A DNA stretch of 64,000 nt from Podarcis tiliguerta (taxonomy: Eukaryota), in NCBI GenBank assembly GCA_965153285.1, contig OZ229114.1; one strand, written 5' to 3'. Shown here in pieces: positions 22,610 to 35,788 of the stretch. The first letter of the stretch is position 1, and every line of letters begins with the position of its first letter. The notes beneath the pieces were generated by a model that ran no database searches, was not told the origin of the DNA, and worked only from the letters and a program-made list of their open reading frames with translations. The position numbers were made by a program, and so were the translations under genes.

Positions 22610-25600
22610 TACTGATATAAAAGAAATGTTTAATAAGCGGCAATAAAGTAAGACTCCTTAGGGCACGCAGAGTACATACACAATGCATAAAGAGGAAGAA
22701 GAAACATGGAAAGAGGCAGAGGTCTAAGCCTCACCTGCAGCCCCACAGTCTGTAACAAGAATGCGTTCTCTTCCACTGGTGAGTTAATAAAGCACACAGA
22801 AAAATCATGGAGCTGTCACAAAAGTAATGGCAAAGATTCAATCCAATTTCCATGGTAAAGTAGCCCTAAGTGTTGTAGGTGTGTCAAACGGGTAGGAAGC
22901 CACTGAACAGAACCTTTATTTTTATATACATTTTCAAATGTTACTCAGGTGAGGTATATAAATATTACCTAATGACACATTTTACCAACAATTCACAGCA
23001 GACACGCTCTTCTTCTAAAGTCACAGCATTTCCCAGGGCCCTGAAGGGAATGAGGCTCCAACTTAAGCCTTCAGATACCCAACTCATGATCACACACTGG
23101 GTTTGGGTGATGTGCACAGTACCAGACCTGAGGGAAGGGGAATAGAGAGAATAGACCCCCCCAACACACACATTTGGTTCATCATATGGGGAGATAGGAG
23201 TCTCTTAGACACAGCAAGTAAAAATACCTGTGCAACACAGAGTGAAGAATGAACTGACTATAAATCAACACAGGAAGTGCAGAACACACCTGCAGTCTTG
23301 TTGAGTGCTGTGCAACACACTGATAGAGGTTCATTCAACTGGGCAGGAGGTTATCCTAAACTTCAAGAATGCCCTTGTGGAAAGGTTGCAAGTCTACCCC
23401 CCCCACCTCATTTAACAACTTCATCTGAGAATTGAGGACTTTTACAATGGATATAGGCAGGGCTGAAGCTTTTCAGATGGCAGAAGAAGGGTGCAAGCAA
23501 AGCAACAATTTTTCTGGAGCTACATTAGGAAGCTGCATTGCCATGTTTTCCATAGAAAGAAGAGAGGGGTGATGGGTGGGAGTTCTGAATGGCCATGACA
23601 AACAACAAGAAACAAACCCTTAGGAACTTCCACACAAGCCTAACTTTAAAAAATATGAGATAATCACAAAAGAGACATTCAAAATAAGACTAATACAACA
23701 CAGGAGGGAGCAGAGAGCATAGAAATACTTAATGGTCCAAAGTAATAAAATAAAATAAATTCAGGGAGGCAGAAAGAGTAAAAAATGGGGCCCTGGACTC
23801 TTCACAGCAGCTGGAAACATGGGAAGTGATGAATGATTGGCTTAATCTAAAAAAAAGGGGGGGTGAGCACAGGAAACATCAAACACACAACACAAGAGGG
23901 GTTAGATTACAAGAGTCAGCTATAAATGATGCTTAGAGGGCACCATCACTTCCTCCATGTATGCCCCTGGCATTTCTCCCATCCTATCCCCACCAAGAGC
24001 TCCCCTTAATTCGGTATCCCTGAGTCCACCTGCCCAGGTGAATAAGCATGCAGAGATGTTGAAGCAAAATATGTCTCTTTCTCTATGTGGCAAGGCCAGT
24101 GAAGAAGGGCAGTCTTCAGTGAGATGTGCACACACATTTACACAAATATCCCCATAAGGACTTAAACATTAATTTGTCACTGAAAACATTATTACTAAAA
24201 ATTCTTATTGCTCACATGTACTGTCCCCAAAGATGCACGTGACAAAGCGGGCTGCCCAGAACTGTACTTTGACTCGCTTCCACAGAAAATGAGATTTTAG
24301 ATAACCCATGTAATGCTTTTACTCGGTTTAGGCCCAGTTCTAAGTTATGTCATAAGCCAGGGCCTGGGCTGTTTCACTTCGCATTGCAGGCGAGAGCTCA
24401 CATGATTGAACACTCTGTCATATGAAAACATTCTCCCACATGCAAAAGCTAGCATATCGGGGAGGACAGGCTAAAACAATTTGCCCCGATAGCTTGCTTT
24501 CTATGTGAAAGGGCTTTTAAATATGGAGTATTCAATTATGTAAGTGTCATTAATATTTGTCTATTCTGGGTATAGCCCAAATGCAACTTCAGTGGGACCT
24601 AAGCCCTTGATTTTGCAGCATAAACTCCAAACCAGATGCCAGTCCTTGTCCCCCCCCCCCCCAATGTCCAATTATTTTTGCGGTAGGAACCCCCCACCCA
24701 CCCAAAAAACCATACTACCAGTACATTGCAAACCAACAGCACACCCAAGACTTATTAGCACAAAGTACAGGAAATAAATATTTTAAAACTATTTACAGTA
24801 TTCTTCTAGTTTTTGTGACCACCCAGGAAGAAAAGGCAGCAATTACCCTGCACCTAGGAAAGCATTACAACCGCTAGCTGGATGCTATGTTAACACAGCA
24901 CCTACTATATATATTTATATATAAACACACATATACATATATGTATATATTCACATTGCATTTTAAAGTCACACACAAAAAGCAGATCCTTAAAAAACCT
25001 TTGATAAGCATTACAGTGTAAAAAGACCCACTTAGGTAAAAGGTCACACACGGGTAACAAAACCCATTCAGACTCCACTCATTTCCACTATTTCTGTGAG
25101 AAACAATTCTTAGGGCGACACTTCAAGAGGGAAGGGTTTTTAAGAAGAGGCCAGAGTCTCCTCTACCTGCAAACCAGAGCTCCTGAGTTCATCTTAGACT
25201 AGATAGGGAATTTTTCAGCGACCTAGCTAAAGGGGGGGGGGGGCGCAGTAAGAAAAGAAACTAACTGACAACAGGAGAGCAAGAAGAAGGCTTAGGGAAG
25301 AACATACAAGTGTCTTTTCATTGAGATTATCTGTGCCAGAAAGATGACGCATGGAAATTATCTCTGTGCAGGAAAATAGCATGCATGAAATGGCCCAAGG
25401 CGGTTTAACCCCTTGAAACAAGCTATGATCACATATGGACCTTTCAGGAATACGGAGACCTCACCCAGACAGCTCCATGCCATGAAATTCAAGAGCTAGA
25501 TCAGGTGTGCATGTAGCAGGGAAGGGAGCAGTGGCAGATGAAGTCCAAGCAAGGACAGAGGTGGGATGTGTGAAAGACTAGGGAGGCACTGGTTTGTAGG

Positions 25601-28600
25601 CCATTGCATAGCATCATCAAATATCTCTTACCTGCATATTTGTTTCTATTTGGTGGGCATGTGGGAACTGAGTGAAGAGAGTTATATTTATAGCAACATT
25701 TTCAGAGGCACTCACAGATTTAATGAAGTCCCTTTTCAATTTGTGGAGGAATTCAACATAGCACTAAGGAGATTATTCTGTCAACACAAGCATTTCAGTT
25801 TTCCAGAAGGAACAATCGCCCTTCTCCCTCCTCCGCTTGCTGTCAATTACCCTGACACAGCCCTGAGCCAATTTGGGAGGCAGGGAGGAGAGGGGCTAAA
25901 AGCCCTGTAGCACTCACAGAAGACCTTGTGCTGGCTCCTGCTAGCGGGACTCAATAGTTGAATCCAGCCCAATACTTTGCATTTCCCTTTGGCGCAAGTT
26001 AATTCCCCATTGCTCTGCTGTGCTTCCTGGTGATGAGGAAGAGTGGTACCAACACTGATTTCTGCAACAAAAAGAGAAGCGAAGTACTGGCTACCACCTT
26101 TAAAGAGGACAAAGGCAGAAGACTGTCTTATCAAAGCCTCTGCCAAGCTAGTGTCATCTAGATGTCTTGGCTAGGGCAGATAGGAGCTGCAGTCCAAAAA
26201 ATTTGGTGGGCAGCAGGCTGGCAAAGGCTGCCTTATCACATGAGGCTACAAATGGAACAAGGAAGTGACTCTGGAGAGAAAAAGATCTTTTCAGCAGCTT
26301 CTGGTTTAGAAGATGAATAGGAATACTTGGCCAGGGTGTTGCAGCTCATAATAATAATAAATGATTAGTGATAAGCCTCAGTAACAGTTTTGTGCAGCTT
26401 AAATATTCCCCAGACATAGAAGGGGAAAAGGGAGATATCATCATTATTCTTACTACTACAAAGCAAAACCCTATGCATAGTGACAGTAATTATGTCAGGA
26501 AGAAAGAGCCATAAATAGCATTCCTGCAGGAGCCACCCAGAAGCTATGACAGAGGAACTGTCCAGAGCTAAAGTTGCTACAAAAGTTTCTCTAAGCGTTG
26601 TGTGCCCTGCACCATCAGTCCTTGATAATGTGCACAGAAGTTGGGGCTTTCCCTTAAATACAAGATAACAGCCTTCACTGAAAATTACTGAAAGTAGTAA
26701 TACTCTCAACCACAGGGAAAGAAAAGCACTGCACACTTGACCAAGAAAAAGGCTGATGGGAGAAAATGGAAGACAACTAATGGAAGATCTTTTTGTGAAG
26801 AACGTCTAGTTTGTCTCAACAAGAAGGGAGGGCAAAGGGCCAGATTTAAAGAGATGAGGTATAAAGTGATGAGCAACAGGGCAAGTTATGGGGAATTCTC
26901 CACCATACCATCGGGGGGAAGAGGGTCCCTTTTCAAACACAGTGTGTGCTAAAGGAGAGGCTAGGATTCATGATGGCCCATTGCATCTGATGGAAAGAAA
27001 ACAGTACAGAGGCTAGTTTTATCCAATAAGCAAAGCCATCCACTCTCTTCTAGGAATGCCCAGGTAGCATGGAAACAAGAATGTGCAAACCACCCCAGTT
27101 TGACTATACTTGTGAACAGGGGTTTTGCGACAGTACTCACTGGTATCACCTCTTTTTTGCTGCCCATGGCAGCCATCTTGTGCTGACACCTGCCACACTT
27201 TTATCAAGACATGATAATTCATTTTTTACCTCCACAAAAAGCACTGCCTTTAGACCATTTTGGCAATGGGGCCCAAGATGCTTAAGCAGTAGAACCTGCC
27301 AAGCACGTAGAGAGGAGCAGAAACAGAGCCACAGTTAGAGGAACGGAAAAGCCTTTCTTGTCACTATACTGAGTAAGACTATTACAGTCGCAACCCCAGG
27401 CTTCTCCCCTTACTCTCGCAATTCTTTTGCTAGAGAGCAGTACCAGGTTAGACCAAGTTTATAACATCACCAGGCCATAGCAACTGTACTACTGCAGATA
27501 ACCATTGATTCTGGAAAGAGCACCTATTTTTGCTGCAGAAACCAACAAAGCAAGATTGCATTTAACAGATGACACACACTCCTTGCAAAAAAAGTAAGAA
27601 AAAGAAAGACAAATGCTGAAGAAGTGGACGGATGGGAAACAGTGCGCAGGAATTAAGCCCCTGCAAAGAGAAGAGCCCAACCCAAGAAGGCTGTTTTCCG
27701 AAGTTATATCTACTGGAAGAATTAAGAGTCAAGTTCTCACTATCACAAAAGTGGGTTACAGGGCATCAAAGGGAGAGGAAATGGCCTCTTTGCAACTTAC
27801 TTAGCGGACAGCATATCAACCTGGCATGTTGGTGACAAAGTGTCACTTGCATGACGTAAGGACTGATGCACAGAGCACAGTCTGAAGAATGCCTCCCAAC
27901 CAGAAGGTAGCTTTGCTTCAATATAAATCATACTAAACTATCACCATCAGAATTTATTTTTAAAAAACAACTCTAAATTGCTTTAAACTACTTGGCTCAC
28001 TTCTCTCCCCCCCCCCCAAGCTTACACTAGTCTATTGGCTACATGGCAAAGGCTTGCCTTGCCTTGCCAGAAGCCACTGATGCTAGAACCTGGGATAAAT
28101 CAACCACTGGACCAAACTCTCTCCAGACCTCACCAAAACACTGCAAGGCCTGGTCACTGTATTCCAATTTCTCATAGGCAACCTTGCAGAAAAGGTGGGA
28201 GGGGAGGGGCAACTGTGAAGCTCTCAAATGCTACACAGGGCTTACAAAGGGATTCTCTTAAGTTACAGACCACACAAGAAATGGGAAAGCAGAAAGGTGT
28301 AGAAATATTTTATTAGCAGTGTCGGGATCAGAATCAGTAGCCAAAAGTACCACAAGGTGCTCAGCCACCCAGCAGAGTGTTAGGAAGCAGCCCTGGGTTG
28401 AGGGAGCAGGAGGATTTTACACCTTTCTGGATGGAGGCATTTGAAGTTGGAGAAAAGTAGAGGTGAAAAACCTGACATGCTCACCCTTTCCTCTCACTCA
28501 CACATACATGCTCACGCACCACACTTCCTTAAATACCTTTTAATACTCCTGGTGGAATGTCTAGCACATTTTATATGTGCAGTTCAAATAGCAATCAGAC

Positions 28601-30767
28601 AAATACGTATCAATCTTTACAGAGAATGCTAGGCCTGACTTAATGCTTACAACAATTCATTTTATACAGCATGATTTACATCAAAAGACAGAAGTTAAAA
28701 ATCAATGATTCAAAAGTATTCATACAAAAAAAGTCCACCCTGATGTGTCTTATAGCTTTAGTGCACCCTCTCAAGACACAGACTTGGGTAAGCAGGTGAG
28801 CAGGAGGGCTTGGCAGTTCCAGGCGCTGCCTCCCAAATCTCTTTGATCAATGGAACAAATTATACAGCTAGTTATTTGCGTTCTGCCTGCAGTAATGAGC
28901 TTTGGTATAGGAGTGCCAATGCTAACGCACCCTCCCTCCTTTAAAAAACGAAGTAAAACCAATTTCCTTGCACCTAAGCCTTGTTCTTGCTCCCTAAAGA
29001 GTTTGCCTTTCCTTTTATTCTACAAATCCCTCACCAACTGGAAAGACTGGTTCCAGCCAGTTAATATAATAATGTGTAAAGATGTGTTTGAGTACGTCGA
29101 TCTCAGATGGTATCCATGGAAAGCTATTCTGAAAGGTCAAGCCATTCGAAGGCCTTCGCGGGAAGCTCCTGGGTGCCACGCACAGCAAGCGAGAGGACGT
29201 TTGCACAAGTTTCTAAGCAAATACCTCTGCCTTTGTTGTGATTTAAAGGAAAACTATGGAAATAAATAAAAGGCTGCTTTTCTCTCCAAGCCCAGAGTAG
29301 CAGCAACCACTGTCTGTCACCCAGCAGATGGGTAGCACAAAGTACAAGGGGCAGGGAGTTTCCTCTGAGAAAAAGGCTGCTTCCAAATGCTGTCAGATCC
29401 AAAACAAATGTTTGCACTGAGAAGGGGACTGTTTGCCTTTCTAATAGGTGTTCGTAGAAATACCTTGTCTGAAGACAGATACTTCTTGACCTTTACATAA
29501 TGCATTGATTAAACTTGCAAGGTGAGGCCTTGGAAGGGAGAGAGAAGCTTGCTTACTCTCAAGCTGGAACCAAACCACACTTGCAAAAGCACCAGATATT
29601 TCTAGTTGCTTCCTTGTTTGCAGCCAGCATTGCCTCCTTCTTATTTTAATAACAATAATTTTTAAAATCTTTTTGACATACGGCAAACAGGGAAAGATGA
29701 AAAAAGAACTTGCAGCAACTGCATAGAAATCATATAAGTTTACAGCAGAGAAGAACCTCTGACTACGGGCGCTTTCCAACATTAGTTTTTACAGACTCAC
29801 GAGATGGATGCAAGCTTCACTTTGGAATGGTTTTTTGTCCGTCTATTTCACTGCTAAGATGTGCTTTCAAGTACCCATATTTCAGGGGTGTTCAGGCCTC
29901 ACAGTAAAATGGACAGGAATACCACCATTCTGAAATGCATCCAGGCTGCATTTGAGGACACAGGCCCGAAGGCACCCGCCTGTAAACAACCATGTCAGAA
30001 GTGGCAGGCAGTGTGCATGTACTTAATAGGGAAGGGCTCTCTAGCCAAACAAGCAGTCCAGTTCCTTTCTTGGCTAAGTACAAAGTTGGCCGAGCATGGC
30101 TGCCAATCACTGACGCTTCGGAATCAGCATCTTTTTGACATGAGAGCAAGGCTACATTACAGCCAAGCCCCAGTTACACAAGATAGTCCAACTGTTCATA
30201 CCTTAACAACAACACACACCATTCTGACTGACTGACTGACAGGATTAAAGGATGCAAACGCTTTGGGTTTTGGCTTTATAATGCCCTGCTTGGTTTAAAC
30301 AGTGCCAGGATGCTACAATGCACAAAAGGAAGAAAATGCTCCTGTGTGAACCCCAGCAGGTGGGCTGCCAAGGTCTATGGGATGTGCATGAAAGCTGGTT
30401 CTCTTTCCATTACAGTTCAAGTGCTTGTGCATTAACTATAAACTGCCAGCCTTTAAATCACACAGATTAATTTATTCAGTTCCTAAAAGGATAAATAAGG
30501 CACTGTACTTCGAACTGAAACTGCCAAACTCCTAGTTCCACTCCAGGAGCTTTCAGAAGCAGCAACTTTCCTTCTCAAGGGCAGAGAATAATAGCTTCTC
30601 CTTCTGGCTGCAACACAGCTAGGGGGCTCCTCATCATCTGAGAGCGGGGGGGTTGGCCTTCGGCTAAACACTTGCCACCCTCCCCACAATGTTCAGAAGT
30701 GGATCTGTTTAATGCATTAGGAAGTATTTCCGTGACCCACCTCCTACCCACCCCCAACCTCAGCCGG
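22610..30767 (-). other. LCOR: About 8-kb 3' UTR of the PALI1 isoform
   Basis: Minus-strand AATAAA at 22915-22920 and ATTAAA at 22629-22634 followed by GU-rich tggtgtggtgtgatatagtttgatgtg. Pumilio elements TGTATATA 22923-22930 and TGTAAATA 24790-24797. Confidence 0.55.
22629..22634 (-). terminator. Candidate polyA signal, PALI1 isoform (alternative AATAAA at 22915-22920)
   Basis: ATTAAA on the minus strand with a GU-rich downstream element about 20 nt later. Confidence 0.5.
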
Positions 30768-33700
30768 TTACTTTGCATCCAGACACCTGCGTTTGCTGGG
30801 TGAAGAGTCTTTGCTTGCCCTCAGCTTCCTCTTGCCCTGGGCTCTGCTGCTCTCCTGAATTCGCTTCATTGACCTAGTCAAGGCTTTGCCACTGCTTGCT
30901 TTTGGGGCAGCCACTTTGGGAGGTTGGCTGCTGGAGTCTCGCACCGCTTTCTGCTTGGGAGGCTTAGCAAGCCCTTCTTGCCTGGAAGGCAGACTTGCCT
31001 TTTGACCGGCCTTGGCTTTCCCCTTCTGGACGGGGGGCTTCCTTTTCCCAGGTCGCAAGTCATTCAGCTTCTTTGCCTTCTCGTTCCCAGACACAAGCTT
31101 ATGACCCTTGTCGACAGCCGCCTGCTTCCTGGTAGCAGGAGGCCCTGCAGGCTTCGGTTTACTGGCTTTCTTAAGAGGAAGCCTTTCTTTGCTCGAGGTG
31201 CTCAACAGCCTCTGTGACCTGCTGCTCTCGGTCGGCGACTTCTTCCTGGTTTGCTGAAGGTGGCCTTTGGATGAGGTGTCCTCCTGTACCTTGCCTTTCG
31301 CCTTGCGCCCCTTCCCTCCTCTTTCAACCAGGCTTGTCTTAGTCGCAAGTGGGGGGGCTTGGACCTGCTGGGCCAGTTTCGGAGACACCAGGGGCTTAAT
31401 GCACAGGCTCTTGCCGCTCGGCTTGCTTTCAGCAGAGGGGTGCTTGGTCACGCCGTCATTCTTGTCCTGCTTGGCCACCTTGCGTATGGCGTTGAGTTTG
31501 CCTCGCAAGTTGGAGTACTTCCTCAGGATGCGAGAGCTGGTTTGCACAGGCGTGCTCGGAGGCTGGGCGCTCTTGGCTTCGGCTCTGTGTTCCACGCTTA
31601 CTTCGGAGGGAGGCGTCTGCTTCGAACTGGCAGCCTGCTCGGGCTCTTTGTCCTCAGAGCCCTCTCGAAACTTAGCCCACATCCTCTGAATCTTGATGGT
31701 GTTTTTGGCCGGGGTCATAGCAGCAAACTTCTTCAAGTGTTTCTTCAGGCGCTCAGCTTGAAGGGAGCTAGGGTAGCTGCCGGAATAACAGCCCTTCTGG
31801 AGTGGAAGCTTGATGAGGGGCATGTCCCCTGGGAGACGGGTGTTCATCTTCTTCACAATGACCAGAGACCTGGTTTCAGTGGTCTCCATAAACCACTTGC
31901 AGATGTTGGACATGTCAAACCCCTTCATGAACAGCATCTGAACCGGGGAGAGCTTCTGGCCTTCCGTGGGCCCTTTTAATTTGCGGGTCCTCTTCTTGCT
32001 TTTCCAGATCTCTTTCAGTTTGTCGGATTTATTCTTGACCTTTGGAGCTGGCTGAGCCTCTTTCTCCAGCTGAATCCACCCTTTCTGGATCTTCATGTAC
32101 TGAGTGTTAAAGTTAGTGATGAGTTCTTGGTTCTCTTCCTCAGCACACCATTCCACAAAACTGGGCTTGTTGTCAGAGAGCACTTCCATGCTACTGAAGC
32201 CAACGGTGTCTTCACTCTGTGCCTTTTCTTGGTCTGTGACATTAGAGCCTGCTTGTATAGTCACAGCATTAGAATCTCCTTGTATGGTTTCTTTTCCAGA
32301 AGTGTTTTTGGAGGCAGTGGCCACAGGGGTTGGGGCAGGGGTGTGCCTCAGGTTGTAGAACTGGAGAGCTGGCTTCTTAGATTTTACCGATCTCTCTGGT
32401 GGTACAAGCTTGCTTTCACTCCTGCTAACAGAAATGGGCCTATGCTGGGTGTGCAACTCCTCTGTAACCTCCATCATACTGTCAAAGTTATCTGGAGTGC
32501 CTGATGTCAAATCTGACTGCTTTTTGCCCTTATCAGAGGTTTCTGCTGGGGCAAGAACACTTCTCCTATCAGAATCACCCTCTAAGTAAATTTCGAGCAT
32601 TGCCCCTGCCTTGTCCTTGTTTCCTTCTCCATTCTGGTCTTCCTCTACTATGGTCTTTTTCGCCAACAGTGTCTGAGAGGCCTGTCCCATTGTGATGTCA
32701 TTTCTGTCACCTGGCTGCTGCTCAGAAGAATTCCCAATGTTGTTTAGCAGTGTTTCATGGAACCCATCATTTGGGAAACACAGCGATGCTGCACCGTCAA
32801 GTTGCATCTCCCTCTTGAAACGCTTAGCACCAGGGCTTTTAGAAAGCTTGATCTGAACTTGAGGAAGTTGTAGAGACATGGAAGAAGTTGATTGCTCAGG
32901 ACTATCCTCTGCAGGTGACAGGGATTGTTGGCTTCGAAGACAGCGATCGGATACAATCTGAGTTTTTTTCTCGCGCTTTCGTTTTTTGTCTGTGCTTGTT
33001 TTGGAAGAAGCTCCCTCCTTGTTGTCCACTTCTGATGTTTGGGGCACTGCTGGAGCTTCGCTATCAAGTTCCTTTCCATCATCCACCTTGCTTGTTTCAC
33101 TTGTATCTTTTACTGTTCCCTCTCCCCAATCTTCATCATTATCTGCAACAGGCAACACAGTCTCACTTTCCCCAGAGTGGATTCCACCTGAGTCCAGAAT
33201 CCCTTCTATGCTATTTTGACTATTAATACTTTCATGTGCATCTGCACCCTGCAAGCTGCCAGGGAGCTCTGCAGCATCCAAGTCAGAAAGTGGCTGTGAG
33301 AGCTCCGTATCTAACTCGCCAGGTCCCACCACTGGAGATTCTATAGAAGGAGCCCCTGAAGGAGCCTCTAGGTCAATATGGGCAGGAGGCTCAGACACCA
33401 CAATGCCAGGAGACACTGCCCTTGTACTGGCAACAGGCTCCCCTGGACACATACGCTCTGGGATAGGAGGGAGTTCTCCAGGGAGGGCTATGGAAGGCTC
33501 CAGACGGACAAGGGCAGGAGGTTCTGCCAGGTCTATAGGGGAAAGAAGTGGGGGTTCCACATCGGAAGGTAGTTCTACAAATGGTGGCAAGTGTTCAACA
33601 GGGGCAGGCTCCTCCAGTGGAGGCATCAAGTCCATTCCGGGGGAAAGGTCTTCAGGGGGCTGAAGGGCCATGCTGTCAGGAGGCACCTGGTCTGGAAGAA

Positions 33701-35451
33701 TGGGAGGCTCAGGGATAGCCTCGGTCTCTGAGAACATGGCACTTTCCTCACCATTGGCAACCTCTGAAGCAGACAACACCACAGATTCTCCTGTGTTGCC
33801 ACTGTCTTCACTGGGTCTGCTACTCTTACAAGAGTCTGTGCCACTGCCAGCCTTCTGCATAGTGTCCATGTCCATTTCGTCCTGTGGCTCCCCTTTGCTC
33901 AGTTGGCAGGGAGAGACAAGAGTGGTCTGCAGTGAAGAATTGGAGAGGCTGCCTTTCTCTACACGCAAAACAAGGCTGGGTGGCGGGGAGAGAGCAATTG
34001 TGGATGCTTCAGCAGAACTGTCTTCTCTCTCCTTCACAAAACTTACCTCAGGAGCGGCCTTCTCAGCCAGACACATCTCATCTCTCTCCTGAGTACTGTT
34101 GTTGGAGGCATCTCCTTGAGGGACATCCACAGCAGGTCTTTTGTCAACATCGCCACTCATGGCCTGGGCTGCTGCTAAGCAGCTATCACTCGGAAGAGAA
34201 GCTCCCTGGCTCAGCACCTCAGGCCTTGGTGCCAGTGTGTTCCCACTCTCCTGTACATGGGAAGTCTTGGCCAAGGTGCGAACTGTGGGAATCTCACAGC
34301 ACTCACCATTGTAGTAGTATCCACGAGTGCTCTTCCTTGCCGTCTTCCTAGAGGAGACCACCCTCTTGCTCTCAAAGTGGCACTCTGTAATTGGCTGGCT
34401 GATATAAACAACATCGCATTGGTTGTCATAGTCATTAATTCTCAACCCTGAAGGCCTTTTGCTCTTACGTGTGCTTTTGGTGGAGGATGAGTTACTCTTG
34501 GTCCTGGAGTGTCCATTGGTGGTTTTGTGGTGAACCACTGGCACAGGGCTATTGGATAGCCAGCCGTCCTTGGCATTCTCCACATGGGTCTTGTCAACAG
34601 GTTGCATGTTATAGCTCCCCTTGCTTTTCCCTGAAGCCTGGAGGTGGTTCTCTGCCTTCAGTCTTGCTTCTTGGTCATTCATTTCAGTATCCGGGTGCAA
34701 AGAGGCTTTGGAGCTGCACTGCAAGGCATTCTCTTTGTCTGCTCTCCTAGGGGAGCTGGTGGTGAAGCCTGGCTCTCGTGTTTCCTCTGGGAAAGCTTTA
34801 AAAGTGTTCTTCTGGGAGCCCACCAGACCGTCTTCACTCATGTGTATGTTTGTTGCTTTCACAGCATTGTAGCCTCCCAGCAAAGCTCTATTTTGCACCT
34901 GGTCTTTGTCATCCTCACCTTTCCTACCCCCCATCTCTTGGTCACTACCAAGGGCTTGGCCTTCCAGACTTTTAGCAGAGTGATGGGAATTGGAAGCAGT
35001 GAGGTATCCTTGAGAGGGACTGTCCCTGGGACTTGCAGAACTTGTTCTAACGCTAGGAAGCTCAGGGAAGTCTCTTCGGACAACTGGGCTGCAGTTTTCC
35101 CTTCTATCTGTAGATTTCAGATCCACAGCCTGCTTCAGGGCATGGCAAAGTTTGCGCAGAGAGCCATGAGACCCTGATTGCTCTGTGTCCAGGGAAGAAG
35201 GGAGCTTTGATTCAGAGCAAGAAGTTCCAAGCTCCTGGTTCTCAGTACGATACTGGCTGCAGCCAGAGCTACAAGTGGACACATCCATGTTTTCTGCTCC
35301 AGGTAACTGCTGTCCCTCACAGCCTGTCTGTACTTCAGTGCAAATGTCGTTTAGGACACGGACGAAGTGCTTCTGATGGTACGTGCACAGTCTGACCATA
35401 AATTTTTCCAATGGAGATTTCGGCTGGCCAAGACAATCTGCAGCGTCCTCA
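30768..35451 (-). CDS. LCOR: LCOR alternative terminal exon = PALI1 / C10orf12 (PRC2-associated LCOR isoform), about 1560 codons
   Basis: Acceptor tctttctctctccctctctctag|T GAG GAC (phase 2), then a 4.68-kb open frame to TAA. Contains KSPLEKFMVRLCTYHQKHF, YDNQCDVVYISQPITEC, and the PIP-domain blocks FVEWCAEEENQELI, KGWIQLEKE, SDKLKEIWKSKKR, ICKWFMETTETRSLVIVKK, SSLQAERLKKHLKKF. The TTG start at 35495 in the ORF track is intronic. Confidence 0.94.
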
Positions 35452-35788
35452 CTAGAGAGAGGGAGAGAGAAAGAATCAGTAAAGTTGGGTAGCAAATCAC
35501 TTTACACTGCAAATCTTCACAACTCTCTCTCTCCTTTCTGCTCCCCTACACTGCATGCTCTACGAAGATGGCAGCTCCAATTGTCTACCTAAAATGAGCA
35601 GGCAAGTAAAGCAAAAGCTCAAGATTATGTTTGTCATTTCTCCCTTGCCTCTTCATGGCTCACCTATAGCCTCAGTATATTAAACACTGAAAAGTTATTG
35701 GGACAAACCTTGCTTTATCCCTTCACTTTTGTCCCTTAGAAAGATTGGTTCTAGGGGAAACCAATCTGAACAAGCTGGAAAACAACTA

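Noticed and set aside
30924-35395. Many + strand ORFs of 60-206 aa opposite the PALI1 exon
   Set aside because: Antisense shadows of a 4.7-kb coding exon.
35452-35495. ORF-track N-terminus MLPNFTDSFSLPLSS of the 1575-aa ORF (likewise 58235-58275 for the 336-aa ORF)
   Set aside because: These are translated branch-point and polypyrimidine tracts with non-ATG starts. The real exons begin at 35451 and 58234.
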